Below, one piece after another: positions 1 to 9,765 of a stretch of DNA of 64,000 nucleotides. The notes under the pieces were generated by a model. The model ran no database searches, was not told the DNA's origin, and saw only the letters and a list, made by a program, of their open reading frames with translations. Within the stretch, counting starts at the first letter, position 1; each line of letters opens with the position of its first letter. A program made the position numbers and the translations under genes. This stretch comes from Armatimonadota bacterium (GTDB taxonomy: Bacteria > Armatimonadota > SYMT01): assembly GCA_046292385.1 (NCBI GenBank), contig JBKBRF010000024.1:38819-102818 (forward strand), written 5' to 3'.

Positions 1-415
1 TCACGGAGAAGGAGACGAAGCGGACCAGCCGGCCCAGCCGCAAGAACCCGAAGAGGGCCAGGAACACCCCGATCAACACCGTGAGCAGGAAGAGCGCCGG
101 CTCCCGCTGGGCCGGCGGGTAGCTCTGCAGCACCTGCCCCGCCGCCAGGGCCGAAGCGCTGGTGGTGGAGACCTGCATGAGTTGGGCGCTCACCAGCAGA
201 CTGCCCCCGATCGGCGCCGCGATGCTGGTGTAGAGACCGTAGACCGGGTTCACACCGGCCAGCGCCGCCGAGGCGAGCCCGTCCGGAACGCTGACTACGG
301 CGTTGATCAGTCCCGCCAGCACGTCGCGCCGCAGGCCCGATCGCGGCCGTCCCGCGCGAGACTGCCGGCCGGGCTCCGAGGTCCGGGGGCCGGACGCAGC
401 ACCGCGCGCCGTCAT
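1..415 (-). CDS. SulP-family anion transporter, N-terminal part (runs off window start)
   Basis: Not in ORF track. Manual translation from ATG 415: MTARGAASG...RRDVLAGLINAVVSVPDGLASAALAGVNPVYGLY...LGRLVRFVSFSV, a paralog of 412-2205; ATGA overlap with its stop. Confidence 0.9.
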   Translation of the reverse strand, partial: MTARGAASGPRTSEPGRQSRAGRPRSGLRRDVLAGLINAVVSVPDGLASAALAGVNPVYGLYTSIAAPIGGSLLVSAQLMQVSTTSASALAAGQVLQSYPPAQREPALFLLTVLIGVFLALFGFLRLGRLVRFVSFSV

Positions 416-2205
416 CGGGGCGGCCTTTCGCCCGAAGCGCTCTCCGGAGCCTCCTCCCGCTCGACCACGCTCGTCAGCCAGTCCTCTGCCTCGGCAATCG
501 CCGCGCGCGTCGCGTCGCCGCGCACGGGAGTCGCCCCGTAGGCGCGCACGGTTCCCGCCTCCTGCAGCTTTCCGGCGTGGATCACCTGCTCATACATCGG
601 ATAGCTGAGACCGGTGAGATAGAGCCGGCCCTCCGCCGCTTCCACCCGCTCCGCGTAGGTGGTGAGCACGTCGATCAGGGTAGCGCCGAAGCTGCCGCGG
701 CCCCGTAGGCGCAGGATCACCGCGGGATGGTGGGACCCTTCCGGTCGCGGCAGCAGCCGCTCCAACGTGTACGCGCCCGCGTAGAACAGATGACCGTAGA
801 CGTCGAGCACCGTCACCCGGGCGGAAGGCAGCTCCCGCGGCGCGCGCCGCTCCTCGACTCGCCCGTCCGGATGCGTCACCAGTTCCACCACCGAAACGTC
901 CGTCGACGATTCATAGAGGTAGAGCAGGGCGGACAGCGCCACCCCGATGCCGACCGCCGCCTGGATCGGGAGGAAGAGCATCGCCAGGAAGGTGGTCATG
1001 CCGGCCACCCGGGAGGGCCAGCCGGCACGCCAGCTCGACTGCAGCGCCGACAGGCGGATGCTGCTCGCCCCGGCGAGGATCAGCAGCGCTCCCAGCGCGG
1101 GCATCGCCGTGTAGGCCACCAGACCTGGGATCGCGAGCACCACCACTGCCATCCACACGCCGGCCAGGACCACGGACCAGCGGCTGCGGCCCCCATAGAG
1201 CCGGTTCAGCGCCGTAGCGCTGACGGAGCCTCCCACCGGCAGTCCCTGGCACAGGCCGGAGGCGACATTCGCGGCCCCCTCCGCCACGAAGTCCCGGGAA
1301 AGATCGCTGCGGGAGCCATCCGGGTTGGAGACGATCTGGCTGACCCCCGCTCCCTGCACCAGGATGATGGTGGCCACCGCCAGGGCGCCGGTAAGCAGGT
1401 CGGGCGACAGCAGGGCGAGCGAGGGGAAGGCGGGCAGCGGCAGCCCGCGCGGGACCTCTCCCACGTCCGCCACGGTCTGCACGCCGCCCATCCCGATGAC
1501 GGCTATCAGGACGGAGGGAACGATCACCGCCACCAGCCGTCCGAGGTTGCCGATCCGAGTCTTCGGCAGGTAGAGCGCGAGCCCCAGCGTCAGGATGCCG
1601 GCCGCCAGCGACGGCAGGCTCACCTGCGGGAGGTTCGACAGCAGATCGAGCGCCTCCAGGAGCCGGTTGCTGCCGGAAGCGGCATACCCGGTGACGGTGC
1701 TGAGCTGGCTCAGGATCAGCAGCACGGAGACGCCGGTCAGGAAGCCGGTCATCACGGAGAACGAGACGAAGCGGATGAGCCGGCCCATCCCCAGCCACCC
1801 GAACAGCACCTGGAACGCCCCGGCCAGCAGCACGACCAGGAACAAGGCCTCCGCACGGGCTTCTCCTGTCCGCTCGGCCAGCGCCTGCCCGGTGGCCAGG
1901 GACGCCGCCGCGGTGGTGGTGATCATCATCAGCTGGGTGCTGGAGAAGAGCCCGCCTACGCCCGGTCCCAGCATCGCCGCGTACAGCCCGTACGCGGGGC
2001 TGACGCCCACCACCACCGCGTTCGCCATGCCGTCCGGCACGTTGCTGATGGCGCTGTTCAGCCCGGCGACGCCGTCGCGAGACAGCGTCCCGGAGCTCGG
2101 CAGCCGCGCTCGGAGCCGGTCGAGCACGCTTCGCTCCTCACCCTGGTCCGACGGTTCCGACGGGGCAGCCTCGGCTGCCCCGTCGGAGGGCTGAGACGGA
2201 TCCAT
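412..2205 (-). CDS. SulP-family inorganic anion transporter with C-terminal STAS domain
   Basis: DGVAGL..AI..VPDGMA...GV.P.YGLY, RFVSFSVMTGF, C-terminal LDVYGHLFYA STAS-like segment. Confidence 0.92.
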   Translation of the reverse strand: MDPSQPSDGAAEAAPSEPSDQGEERSVLDRLRARLPSSGTLSRDGVAGLNSAISNVPDGMANAVVVGVSPAYGLYAAMLGPGVGGLFSSTQLMMITTTAAASLATGQALAERTGEARAEALFLVVLLAGAFQVLFGWLGMGRLIRFVSFSVMTGFLTGVSVLLILSQLSTVTGYAASGSNRLLEALDLLSNLPQVSLPSLAAGILTLGLALYLPKTRIGNLGRLVAVIVPSVLIAVIGMGGVQTVADVGEVPRGLPLPAFPSLALLSPDLLTGALAVATIILVQGAGVSQIVSNPDGSRSDLSRDFVAEGAANVASGLCQGLPVGGSVSATALNRLYGGRSRWSVVLAGVWMAVVVLAIPGLVAYTAMPALGALLILAGASSIRLSALQSSWRAGWPSRVAGMTTFLAMLFLPIQAAVGIGVALSALLYLYESSTDVSVVELVTHPDGRVEERRAPRELPSARVTVLDVYGHLFYAGAYTLERLLPRPEGSHHPAVILRLRGRGSFGATLIDVLTTYAERVEAAEGRLYLTGLSYPMYEQVIHAGKLQEAGTVRAYGATPVRGDATRAAIAEAEDWLTSVVEREEAPESASGERPPR

Positions 2206-2232
2206 GCCACCCTCCGTTCCGGAGCCCGCGGC

Positions 2233-3933
2233 TCAGGCGGCGAAGCGCTGCTCGCCCCGGCGGTACTTCACCTCGCGGGTGCCGAACAGCTCCAGGTCGA
2301 ACGGCGCCGTGTCCTCGCCGATCTCCTCCCGCACCAGGGCGTGGAGCTTGGCGAGCATCCGCTCCACCAGCGCCGGATCGTGGGCGGGATGCTCCGGGTG
2401 CGCCAGGTTCTCCAGCTCGCCCGGGTCCCGCTGGAGGTCGTGCAGGGAGACGTCGCCCCCGGCGTAGAGCTCCTCCAGGGTAGCGGGGTTCCCGTACTCT
2501 TCCGGGCTGAACCAGCGGACGAGCTTGTACTGCCCGTCTACGACGGCACGGAAGAAGGTGCGCTTGCTGAAGTCCGGAGCGCCGTACTGCTCGCCGACCG
2601 CGTAGAGGCGGGAGCGGCGGTGCGCCTCCCGGTGGACCTCGGGCTCCGCTTCCTGAAGACTCAGGTCCGTCAGCTCCGGGAGCGCCCCGGTCACCGCCCA
2701 CTCGGCATCCAGGGCGTGCAGCCCGTCCCAGCAGATCAGCGCGCCGTCACCCGGCGCGGCGGCGCTGCCCCGGGGGCCGTCGCTCTCCGGGTCCAGAATG
2801 ACGCTCCGGAGGCTGCGCCCCTTCAGGTGAGGATACCGGGCGGAGATCTCCGCCGGGCTCAGGCCGGCGAGCTCCAGCAGCGTCGGGGCGAGATCGAGGT
2901 GGGACCCCACGGCCGCGGTGCGCCGCCCCTGCGGCCCGCCGGGCGCGCAGACCGTCAGGTTCACGACCGCCGCCTCGTCGAAGTAAATCGCTCCCTTCTG
3001 GGTCAGCCGGTGCGCCCCGTTCATCTCCCCGTGGTCGCCCGTGAAGATCACGACCGTGTTCCGCCACAGGTCGAGGCGATCGAGAGCGGCGAGGATCTGC
3101 TGGAACTGCGCGTCGACGAGCCGCATGCAGTTGATCAGGTAGTTCCGGTGCTTGAGCCAGAGGTCGGTCCGCTCGTCCGGGATCGGTCCGAAGTGCAGGT
3201 CGACGTAGTCCTTGAACTGCCGGACCCCGGGCGCCTGGAGCCGGTAGTCGTCGGCGAAGTTCTCCGGCAGCGTCACCTCCCACTCCTGCTGGAACCAGCC
3301 GAGCTGCTGGACGGTCGAGTGGAGGCCGGCGATCATGCCGTTCGGATGCGGCTCCTGGACCGGATCGGTCTGGAGGAACATCACGTCGTGCGGGTTGATC
3401 AGGCTGCAGACCAGCAGCCACGGCTGGTCGAGGTCTCCCGCCCGGTGCTCCAGCCAGTCGACCGTCTCGAACGCGGCGACGCCGTCGAGCTGCTCCCCCT
3501 GGAGCGGCGCCCCGAACATCTCGCCCCACTGCTGGAAATCGGCGAAGCCGTACTCCTCCAGGGCGTCCTCCCGGCGCGCCACGCTGGAGAGATGCCACTT
3601 ACCTTTAAAGGCGGTGTAGTAACCCTGCTCCCGCAGCATCTGGCCGATGGTGGGGAACTCGTGCGAAAGCTCGTCGATCCAGGTGTAGTTGGTGTTGTCC
3701 CAGAGGCCGGTATGCCGGGCGTGGACTCCGGTCCACATGGCGGCCCGGGAGGGGGTGCAGATCGGCACGGTGCAGTACTGCCGGTCGAAGGTGACCCCCT
3801 GCGCCTCCAGGCGCTCCATCGCCGGGAAGCGCACCGCCTCCGGCACCTGCATGTGGGTGTCCCACTGGTCCATGCACAGGATCAGGATATTCGGCCGCTC
3901 CGCGGGCGGTACCGCGCTCTCTTGGCTCGCCAT
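2233..3933 (-). CDS. Sulfatase (Cys-type, formylglycine-dependent)
   Basis: RPNILIL..DQ, CTPSR signature, GYYTAFKGKWHL, FTGDHGE. Confidence 0.93.
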   Translation of the reverse strand: MASQESAVPPAERPNILILCMDQWDTHMQVPEAVRFPAMERLEAQGVTFDRQYCTVPICTPSRAAMWTGVHARHTGLWDNTNYTWIDELSHEFPTIGQMLREQGYYTAFKGKWHLSSVARREDALEEYGFADFQQWGEMFGAPLQGEQLDGVAAFETVDWLEHRAGDLDQPWLLVCSLINPHDVMFLQTDPVQEPHPNGMIAGLHSTVQQLGWFQQEWEVTLPENFADDYRLQAPGVRQFKDYVDLHFGPIPDERTDLWLKHRNYLINCMRLVDAQFQQILAALDRLDLWRNTVVIFTGDHGEMNGAHRLTQKGAIYFDEAAVVNLTVCAPGGPQGRRTAAVGSHLDLAPTLLELAGLSPAEISARYPHLKGRSLRSVILDPESDGPRGSAAAPGDGALICWDGLHALDAEWAVTGALPELTDLSLQEAEPEVHREAHRRSRLYAVGEQYGAPDFSKRTFFRAVVDGQYKLVRWFSPEEYGNPATLEELYAGGDVSLHDLQRDPGELENLAHPEHPAHDPALVERMLAKLHALVREEIGEDTAPFDLELFGTREVKYRRGEQRFAA

Positions 3934-4002
3934 CTGGTCCTCCCGAGCTCTCGAATTGCCTTCCGGATCAATCCGTCCCCGTCACCCCGCCGCGGGCTCC
4001 GC

Positions 4003-4932
4003 TCAAGAAGCGGCCCGCCTTCGGCCCGGCGGCGCGTTCCGCCCGCTCTCCTCCCCGGGGGCGTCGGAGGCGGCGCCGGCGCTCTCCGCGCTGCTCCGTT
4101 CGACGTGGCGGCCCATCGCGCGCGCGATCGGGAACAGCAGGAGCATCGACACGACCGACACCACCACTACCATCACCAGCACTTCTTCGTCCGCGAAGCT
4201 CTGCGCCACCACCAGCGCCGCGGCGAAGTTCCGCTGGGAGGTGACCAGGGCCATCTCGTCCCGGGTGTCCGGCCGGAAGCCGCCGAGCAGGTACCCGCTG
4301 GCGAGGGCGCCGCCGAGCACCAGCAGCGCCGCGAGGATGGCGCCGGTGCCGAATACGCCCACGATCGCTCGCACGTTCACCACCACCGTCAGGATGACGA
4401 GCAGCACGAGTGAGACGTTGGCCGTCTTCGCCGCCAGCGGCTGGAGACGGGCCCCCCAGGACGGGGCGAGCCCTCTGAGCGCGACTCCCAGCCCCAGCGG
4501 CAGAAGCATCGTCAGCAGCAGCGGCCGGGCGATGGCACCCGCCCCGATCGTGACGTCCGGCACCGCCAGGGGCACTACCACCGGCATGTAGACGATCGTC
4601 GCCAGGAGCATCAACACCAGCAGCCCGGCCGTGAACGGCACGTCGCCCCGGGCGATCTCCACCAGCTTGACTGCGAACGGAGCGCCCGCCGCCAGCGCGA
4701 TCAGGACCAGGCCCAGCTCCAGCGAGCGGTCGAGCGTGAGCAGGCGCGAGATGGCGTAGGCGAGCAGCGGGACGACGACAAAGTTCGCCGCCAGGGCGAG
4801 CGCCACTCCCCGCACGTGGCGAAGCGGCTCGAGGATCTGCTTCGGCGTGTAGCTGAGCCCGACCGACAGCATGCTCGCCACGGCGAAGACCGGCACCGCC
4901 AGGCCCAACAGGCGTGAGAGTAACTCGACCAT
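4003..4932 (-). CDS. Bile acid:sodium symporter (BASS) family transporter
   Basis: Hydrophobic; MLSVGL, ALAANFVVVPLLAY, AAGAPF, SQRNFAAAL. Start ATG 4932 overlaps the upstream stop (TGATG). Confidence 0.85.
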   Translation of the reverse strand: MVELLSRLLGLAVPVFAVASMLSVGLSYTPKQILEPLRHVRGVALALAANFVVVPLLAYAISRLLTLDRSLELGLVLIALAAGAPFAVKLVEIARGDVPFTAGLLVLMLLATIVYMPVVVPLAVPDVTIGAGAIARPLLLTMLLPLGLGVALRGLAPSWGARLQPLAAKTANVSLVLLVILTVVVNVRAIVGVFGTGAILAALLVLGGALASGYLLGGFRPDTRDEMALVTSQRNFAAALVVAQSFADEEVLVMVVVVSVVSMLLLFPIARAMGRHVERSSAESAGAASDAPGEESGRNAPPGRRRAAS

Positions 4933-5885
4933 CAGCGTCCTTCCACGGCACGCGGGTGCCCGGTATCGACCTTTTCCCGCCGCAGCACGCAGCGGAAACC
5001 CAGGTGACAGGCCGAAGTATCGACCGCCTCCCCCTGCCGCGCCGCCGGCCGGTAGCGCAGGCAGTAGTTGGGGGCACAGAGATGGGAGCCGCCCTTCAGT
5101 ACCCGGCGCGGGATGGAGCTGGCGGCTGCCTCCGCGGAGGAGACGCGCGGGTTCCGCGGGATACAGCACGGCTTGTCGGCCGCGGGAGGGTGGCGGGGTC
5201 GGAAGAAGTCGCTCGTCCACTCCCAGACGTTGCCCGCCATGTCGTAGAGCCCGTAGCCGTTCGGGGGGAAGGCGCCGACGGGTGAGGTGCCCTCATAACC
5301 GTCGGCCCGCAGGTTCTGCCAGGGGAACTCGCCCTGCCAGGTGTTGGCGAGCACCCTCCCCTCCGGCGCGTGCTCGTTGCCCCAGGCGAAGTCGGCGCCC
5401 TCCAGCCCGCCGCGGGCGGCGAGCTCCCACTCCGCCTCCGTCGGCAGCTCCTTACCTGCCCAGGCGGCGTACGCCTCCGCATCCTCATAGGCGACGTGGG
5501 TCACCGGGTGGAGCTCCCGGCCGGCGAGGGTGCTGCCCGGGCCTTCGGGGTGCCGCCAGCACGCCCCGGGCACGTACGCCCACCACGCGCGGAAGTCGCG
5601 CAGGCTCACGCGGCGCGGAGGCTTCCGGAAGACGAGCGAGCCGGCCACCACCAGGCGGGGGTCCGCTCCGGGATAGTCGGCCGGGTCCGGCGGGCGCTCG
5701 GCCACCGTCACGTATCCGGTCGCCTCCACGAACCGGGAAAACTCCGCGTTCGTGACCGGATACGGGTCGATCCAGAACCCCTCGACGAAGACGGAGTGGA
5801 CCGGCCGCTCTTCCGGATAGAAGTCGTTCGACCCCATCGCGAAGGTGGCGTCCGGGATCCGGACCATCGCGTCGCCGGGTGTCAT
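4932..5885 (-). CDS. Formylglycine-generating enzyme (sulfatase-modifying factor)
   Basis: FAMGS, PVTNAEF, LPTEAEWE, NGYGLYDMAGNVWEW, KGGSHLCAPNYC..YRPAAR, HLGFRC. Start ATG 5885 by ATGA overlap. Confidence 0.93.
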   Translation of the reverse strand: MTPGDAMVRIPDATFAMGSNDFYPEERPVHSVFVEGFWIDPYPVTNAEFSRFVEATGYVTVAERPPDPADYPGADPRLVVAGSLVFRKPPRRVSLRDFRAWWAYVPGACWRHPEGPGSTLAGRELHPVTHVAYEDAEAYAAWAGKELPTEAEWELAARGGLEGADFAWGNEHAPEGRVLANTWQGEFPWQNLRADGYEGTSPVGAFPPNGYGLYDMAGNVWEWTSDFFRPRHPPAADKPCCIPRNPRVSSAEAAASSIPRRVLKGGSHLCAPNYCLRYRPAARQGEAVDTSACHLGFRCVLRREKVDTGHPRAVEGR

Positions 5886-6439
5886 GCGAGGTCCCGAGGT
5901 CCCAACCCCGCTTCCGACACACTCTTCCCGGCAGCCGTCCCCTCCGTCTCTGCCAGCAACCGGCCCAGGTCGAGCGGCCTCGTGTACATCTCGATCGTGC
6001 CGTCGGCGGCGCGCGGCCACTCCTCGCGGGGCCGGTCCCAGTAGAGCTCGATGCCGTTCCCGTCCGGATCCTGCAGGTAGAGCGCTTCGCTCACGCCGTG
6101 GTCGCTCGCTCCCTGCAGCGGGATGCCGGCCTCCACCAGCCGGCGCAGCGCGTCTGCCAGCTCCGCCCGCGTGGGGTAGAGGATTGCCAGGTGATAGAGC
6201 CCGGTCGTGCCCGCCGGCGGCGGGCCGCCGCCCCGGCTTTCCCAGGTGTTGAGGCCGAGGTGGTGGTGGTACCCGCCGGCGGAGAGAAACGCGGCCTGCG
6301 AGCCGTACCGCTGCGTCAGCTCGAAGCCGAGGACGCCGCGGTAGAAGGCGAGGGCCCGCTCCAGGTCGGCCACCTTGAGATGGACGTGTCCGATCCGGAC
6401 CCCGGGCCCGATCGGCCGCGCAGACGCAGACTCACTCAT
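5882..6439 (-). CDS. VOC/glyoxalase family protein (CatE/YfiE-like)
   Basis: IGHVHLKVADL, GGYHHHLGLNTW, GLYHLAIL, DHGVSEALYLQDPDGNGIELY. Confidence 0.9.
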   Translation of the reverse strand: MSESASARPIGPGVRIGHVHLKVADLERALAFYRGVLGFELTQRYGSQAAFLSAGGYHHHLGLNTWESRGGGPPPAGTTGLYHLAILYPTRAELADALRRLVEAGIPLQGASDHGVSEALYLQDPDGNGIELYWDRPREEWPRAADGTIEMYTRPLDLGRLLAETEGTAAGKSVSEAGLGPRDLA

Positions 6440-6470
6440 GGCGTTCCCCCGAGCTCCCGCGAGCTCTTCG

Positions 6471-7034
6471 TCAGGCGGCGGCGCGCCGCCGCGGCTCCTC
6501 CGGGCGGAGCGCCCGCAGCCGGAAGGCGAGGACGAGCATCCCGATTCCGAAGATCAGCGCGTACGCCGCCAGCAGCCACACCCAGGCGAGCAGGCCGGCC
6601 CGCGGCATCAGCGCGATCAGGATGCCGAGACCGATCGACAGCACCCCGCCGAGCGCCAGAACCCACTCGCCCTCGATCTCCTCGCGCAGCCGCACGGCGG
6701 CGGCGATGCCCAGGATGCCGGTGACGATCGCCCAGGCCGCGATCAGGTAGATCAGCGCGAGCGCGGTAATCCCCGGCCAGACGAAGGCGATGATGCCCGC
6801 GAGGATGCCGACGATGCCCGCCAGCAGCAGCATGCCCCAGGGCCGCTGCCGCTCCGCGGAGCGGATGGCGGCGAGGATGGTGAAGATCCCGTCGGCCAGC
6901 GCATAGGCGCCCCACAGCCAGACGAGCGTCAGCAGCGTGATTCCCGGCCAGGCGAAAGCGAGGAGGGCGAAGAGGATCGCGAGCACACCCCGCAGCGCGA
7001 CTACCCACCAGTTGCGAGCCAACTGCTCTCGCAT
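6471..7034 (-). CDS. HdeD/DUF308 family membrane protein
   Basis: RNWWVVALRGVLAILF, repeated AFxWPGIT segments; GGGAGG SD before ATG 7034. Confidence 0.88.
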   Translation of the reverse strand: MREQLARNWWVVALRGVLAILFALLAFAWPGITLLTLVWLWGAYALADGIFTILAAIRSAERQRPWGMLLLAGIVGILAGIIAFVWPGITALALIYLIAAWAIVTGILGIAAAVRLREEIEGEWVLALGGVLSIGLGILIALMPRAGLLAWVWLLAAYALIFGIGMLVLAFRLRALRPEEPRRRAAA

Positions 7035-7220
7035 ACGTGCCTCCCTCTGCCCGCCCACAGCACTCCGGAGTTCACCGCTGTGGGCGGGTCTTTAGCGAGA
7101 TACCCACCGGCCAGTTCTCCTGAAGCACAGCCCCTCGGCATTCCCAAACAGGGTGTCAAGAGGCCCACCCCCGGTGCGGTCCGTGGTGCCGAGCCTCGCC
7201 GCGCCGGGGGTTTCCTCGCC

Positions 7221-7418
7221 TTACGACGCCGAGTCCGGCGCGCCGGTCTGGCTCATCCGGATGATCGGCTTCACCGTGACGCCTTTCTCGCTGTCCGCCG
7301 CGGCCTCGTTGATCTGGTCGAGGGGGTACGACTTCACGAGCCGGTCGTAGGGGAAGCGTCCCTGCAGGTGCAGCTCGATGAGCTGGGGAATGAAGACATC
7401 CGGGACGCTCTCGCCCTG
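7221..7418 (-). pseudogene. C-terminal remnant of a Zn-dependent aryl/benzyl alcohol dehydrogenase
   Basis: Manual translation [55 protein letters not shown]...*; in-frame stop shortly upstream and no start codon. Confidence 0.75.
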
Positions 7419-8195
7419 CCTTAGGTCGTGAGATTGACCGGCACTTTCAGGGGCGCCGGATCACGCGAGAGCAGACGGCGCGCGGCGGGGGTGGGGCGGC
7501 TGACCTTGAATGGTGGGAAGATGCGACACCCCGGCTTACCAAAGGTCAACTTATCGGAGCGTCGGTTCTGGCTCAGGTCGGATATACTGCTACTAAGACC
7601 GCAAGTTTTTTTGCGAAGCCCCCTATTTTAGCTATGCCGCAGCACCGAACGATCGTCGTCGCAGCGCCGCTCATCCGAAATCGGGTGACGCCGCACCTGC
7701 TCTTCCGGGCCAATCAGGCCGGGCAGGTCGCCGACGTACGCCAGCTCCTGCGGAAGGTGGTAGAAAGAGGATTTCCGGGCTAAAGCAAGACTACAGCTTG
7801 CAGCATTTTGACCCGGAGATCCTTCACGATCTCCGGGTCTTTTGTTACGTGCCGGGAGGCAGCGGGGGGCCCCGGCTGCCGTGGGACGAGGATGGTATGC
7901 GTTCGCAGGGACTGATGAGAACAGGTTTTCCTATCTCCGGGCCGCCGATGAATGACGGGGCGGTCGGTACCCGCCGCCGCAGCTTCGCTGCGACGGAAGC
8001 GTGCGCGCTCGTCCGCATTTCATCCGAGGTAACAGGCACCTATTCCGGACGCAGCGGTGACTCGCTGCACCTCTGGACGCACGCCCCTCACTTACCGGGA
8101 TCTTGCAAATAACCTGAATCACAGCAGGTAAACGCAAAGATCCCGAGGCGCAGGCCGCGGGATCTTTTTACGTACCTGCCGCAGGGGCGAGCTGC

Positions 8196-8960
8196 ATGAA
8201 AACGGAGTGCTGGATGAGGAAAGTGGAGCGCCGTGCCTGGCTGCTGGTGACGGTGACTTGCGTCGCGGCGGCGCTGCTCTCTTTTGCCGGCACGGGCAGT
8301 TGGAATCACGAAGACCGGGTCTTATTCTCGCTGTTTCGATTGCCGGAGTCGCTCCGTTTCTTGTTGATACTGCTGGCGGGGAGCACCTGTGCCCTCTGCG
8401 TGGCAGTGATGTTGACCGCCGTTATTGTGGAAGTCCGCCGGGCGCAGGTTCTGTGTCACAGCCCCGGCGGAGGAGTGGCCCCGTTCTCTCCTGGTCCGCC
8501 AGAGAAGAGCGGGTGGGATTCGGGGAGCTGGCGCGCCGCGTCAGGCTCCGAGCTTTCCGTGGAGGAAGCGCCAGTAACGACGCGTGCCGGGGAGGCCCTA
8601 ACGGGCTCATCCCTGCGCCGCCTGACCGAAGAAATCGAAGGAGACAGATCGATGATCAGCCCATCACAGTCCAGCCGCAATCCCACCGGATACGTACCCC
8701 AGGCCGTGATCTCCGGGAGCCAGGTACGGCTTCAGGTCCTCGGCGAGTCCGAGGAGTGGGTGGTAACCGTGGTTAGTAGCCACCTGGCCGACCCGGACGC
8801 GGATCGCATCTCCGAAGAGTGCCCGATCGGGGAGGCGCTCCTGGGACGCCGCGCGGGAGACGTCATCGCGGTGGAAGTTCCCGTCGGACGCGTGCAGTAT
8901 CGCGTGCTCTCGGTGTCCCCCCCGGATCCCCAAGACGAGCTCGGAAGCGCCGAGGCTTAG
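8196..8960 (+). CDS. Protein with GreA/GreB-type C-terminal domain and hydrophobic N-terminus
   Basis: C-terminal GSQVRL...ADPDADRISEECPIGEALLGRRAGDVIAVEVPVG...YRVLSV; two hydrophobic N-terminal segments; start uncertain. Confidence 0.65.
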   Translation: MKTECWMRKVERRAWLLVTVTCVAAALLSFAGTGSWNHEDRVLFSLFRLPESLRFLLILLAGSTCALCVAVMLTAVIVEVRRAQVLCHSPGGGVAPFSPGPPEKSGWDSGSWRAASGSELSVEEAPVTTRAGEALTGSSLRRLTEEIEGDRSMISPSQSSRNPTGYVPQAVISGSQVRLQVLGESEEWVVTVVSSHLADPDADRISEECPIGEALLGRRAGDVIAVEVPVGRVQYRVLSVSPPDPQDELGSAEA

Positions 8961-9003
8961 TCGCGGGCGGGTGCGGGGCGGGCGGGTGGAAGGAGGAGAC
9001 GAA

Positions 9004-9693
9004 TTGAAGGAGGCGGAGTCAATCCGGGTCCGGTACGACCACCGGGAAACGGGCTGGGCGGTGGCCCTGGGCGAGGGCCTCGCGATGATCGACAACGTGC
9101 CCCTGAGCCCCCGCTGCAATCTGGGGGACGTGGTCCGGCTGGCGCCGTCCGGTCCGGACGGCCTGCCCGGGGTAGCCGACGTGGTGCACCAGCGGTTCAC
9201 CGCCAAGACCGTGCTCTACTACTACGGCGCCGAGGAGCGGCAGCTCCTCTTCAGCCTGCTCACGGTGCTCGGCTGCGCGATCGAAGACGCCCGGAAGCCG
9301 CTCGATTTCACGCCCGGGCTGCTCCTGGTGGCGCACGACCGGCGGATCTGTCCGGACCTGCTGGCACGAGCCGCCGGGGTCCCGCAGCCGGCCGGTACTC
9401 CGAGCCGCGTCGCCCTGGAGGGCGGCACGCTGGTGGCGGATGCGGGCCACCTGCGTGTCGAGCGCCCGGACGGCTCGGAGGTGGCGAGCTGGGAGCAATC
9501 CGAGTGGACCGCCCGCCCGGAGGTGGCGGTAGAGGTACTCGACACCCTCCACCGCTGCCTCTGCCGTGGGGCAGGCGCGGCGCGGCAGGGCCTTTCCGAA
9601 GGCGAGAACGGCCCGAGGTCCGAAGGCCGGGGGCCGGCGCTGAGAGAGCGGCCACTCCACGCGCGGTTCCGGCGCTGGCGCAGTCTTGGCTAG
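9004..9693 (+). CDS. Hypothetical protein
   Basis: AGGAGG SD before TTG 9004; protein-like composition; co-oriented with neighbours. Confidence 0.55.
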   Translation: MKEAESIRVRYDHRETGWAVALGEGLAMIDNVPLSPRCNLGDVVRLAPSGPDGLPGVADVVHQRFTAKTVLYYYGAEERQLLFSLLTVLGCAIEDARKPLDFTPGLLLVAHDRRICPDLLARAAGVPQPAGTPSRVALEGGTLVADAGHLRVERPDGSEVASWEQSEWTARPEVAVEVLDTLHRCLCRGAGAARQGLSEGENGPRSEGRGPALRERPLHARFRRWRSLG

Positions 9694-9765
9694 AAAACGC
9701 CCGCGCTCCCTCGGAGGGGAGCCGGCGCGTGGCTTCAGGGTCTTGAAAGCAGGGGGAGTGAATCG

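Noticed and set aside
727..4413. 1228-aa plus-strand ORF (also 17762-20557, 9019-11100, 11951-13717, 43524-44936)
   Set aside because: Antisense shadows of well-supported genes in high-GC DNA; no family motifs.
7634..7783. 49-aa plus-strand ORF MPQHRTIVV...
   Set aside because: No SD or recognisable homology; cannot be supported.
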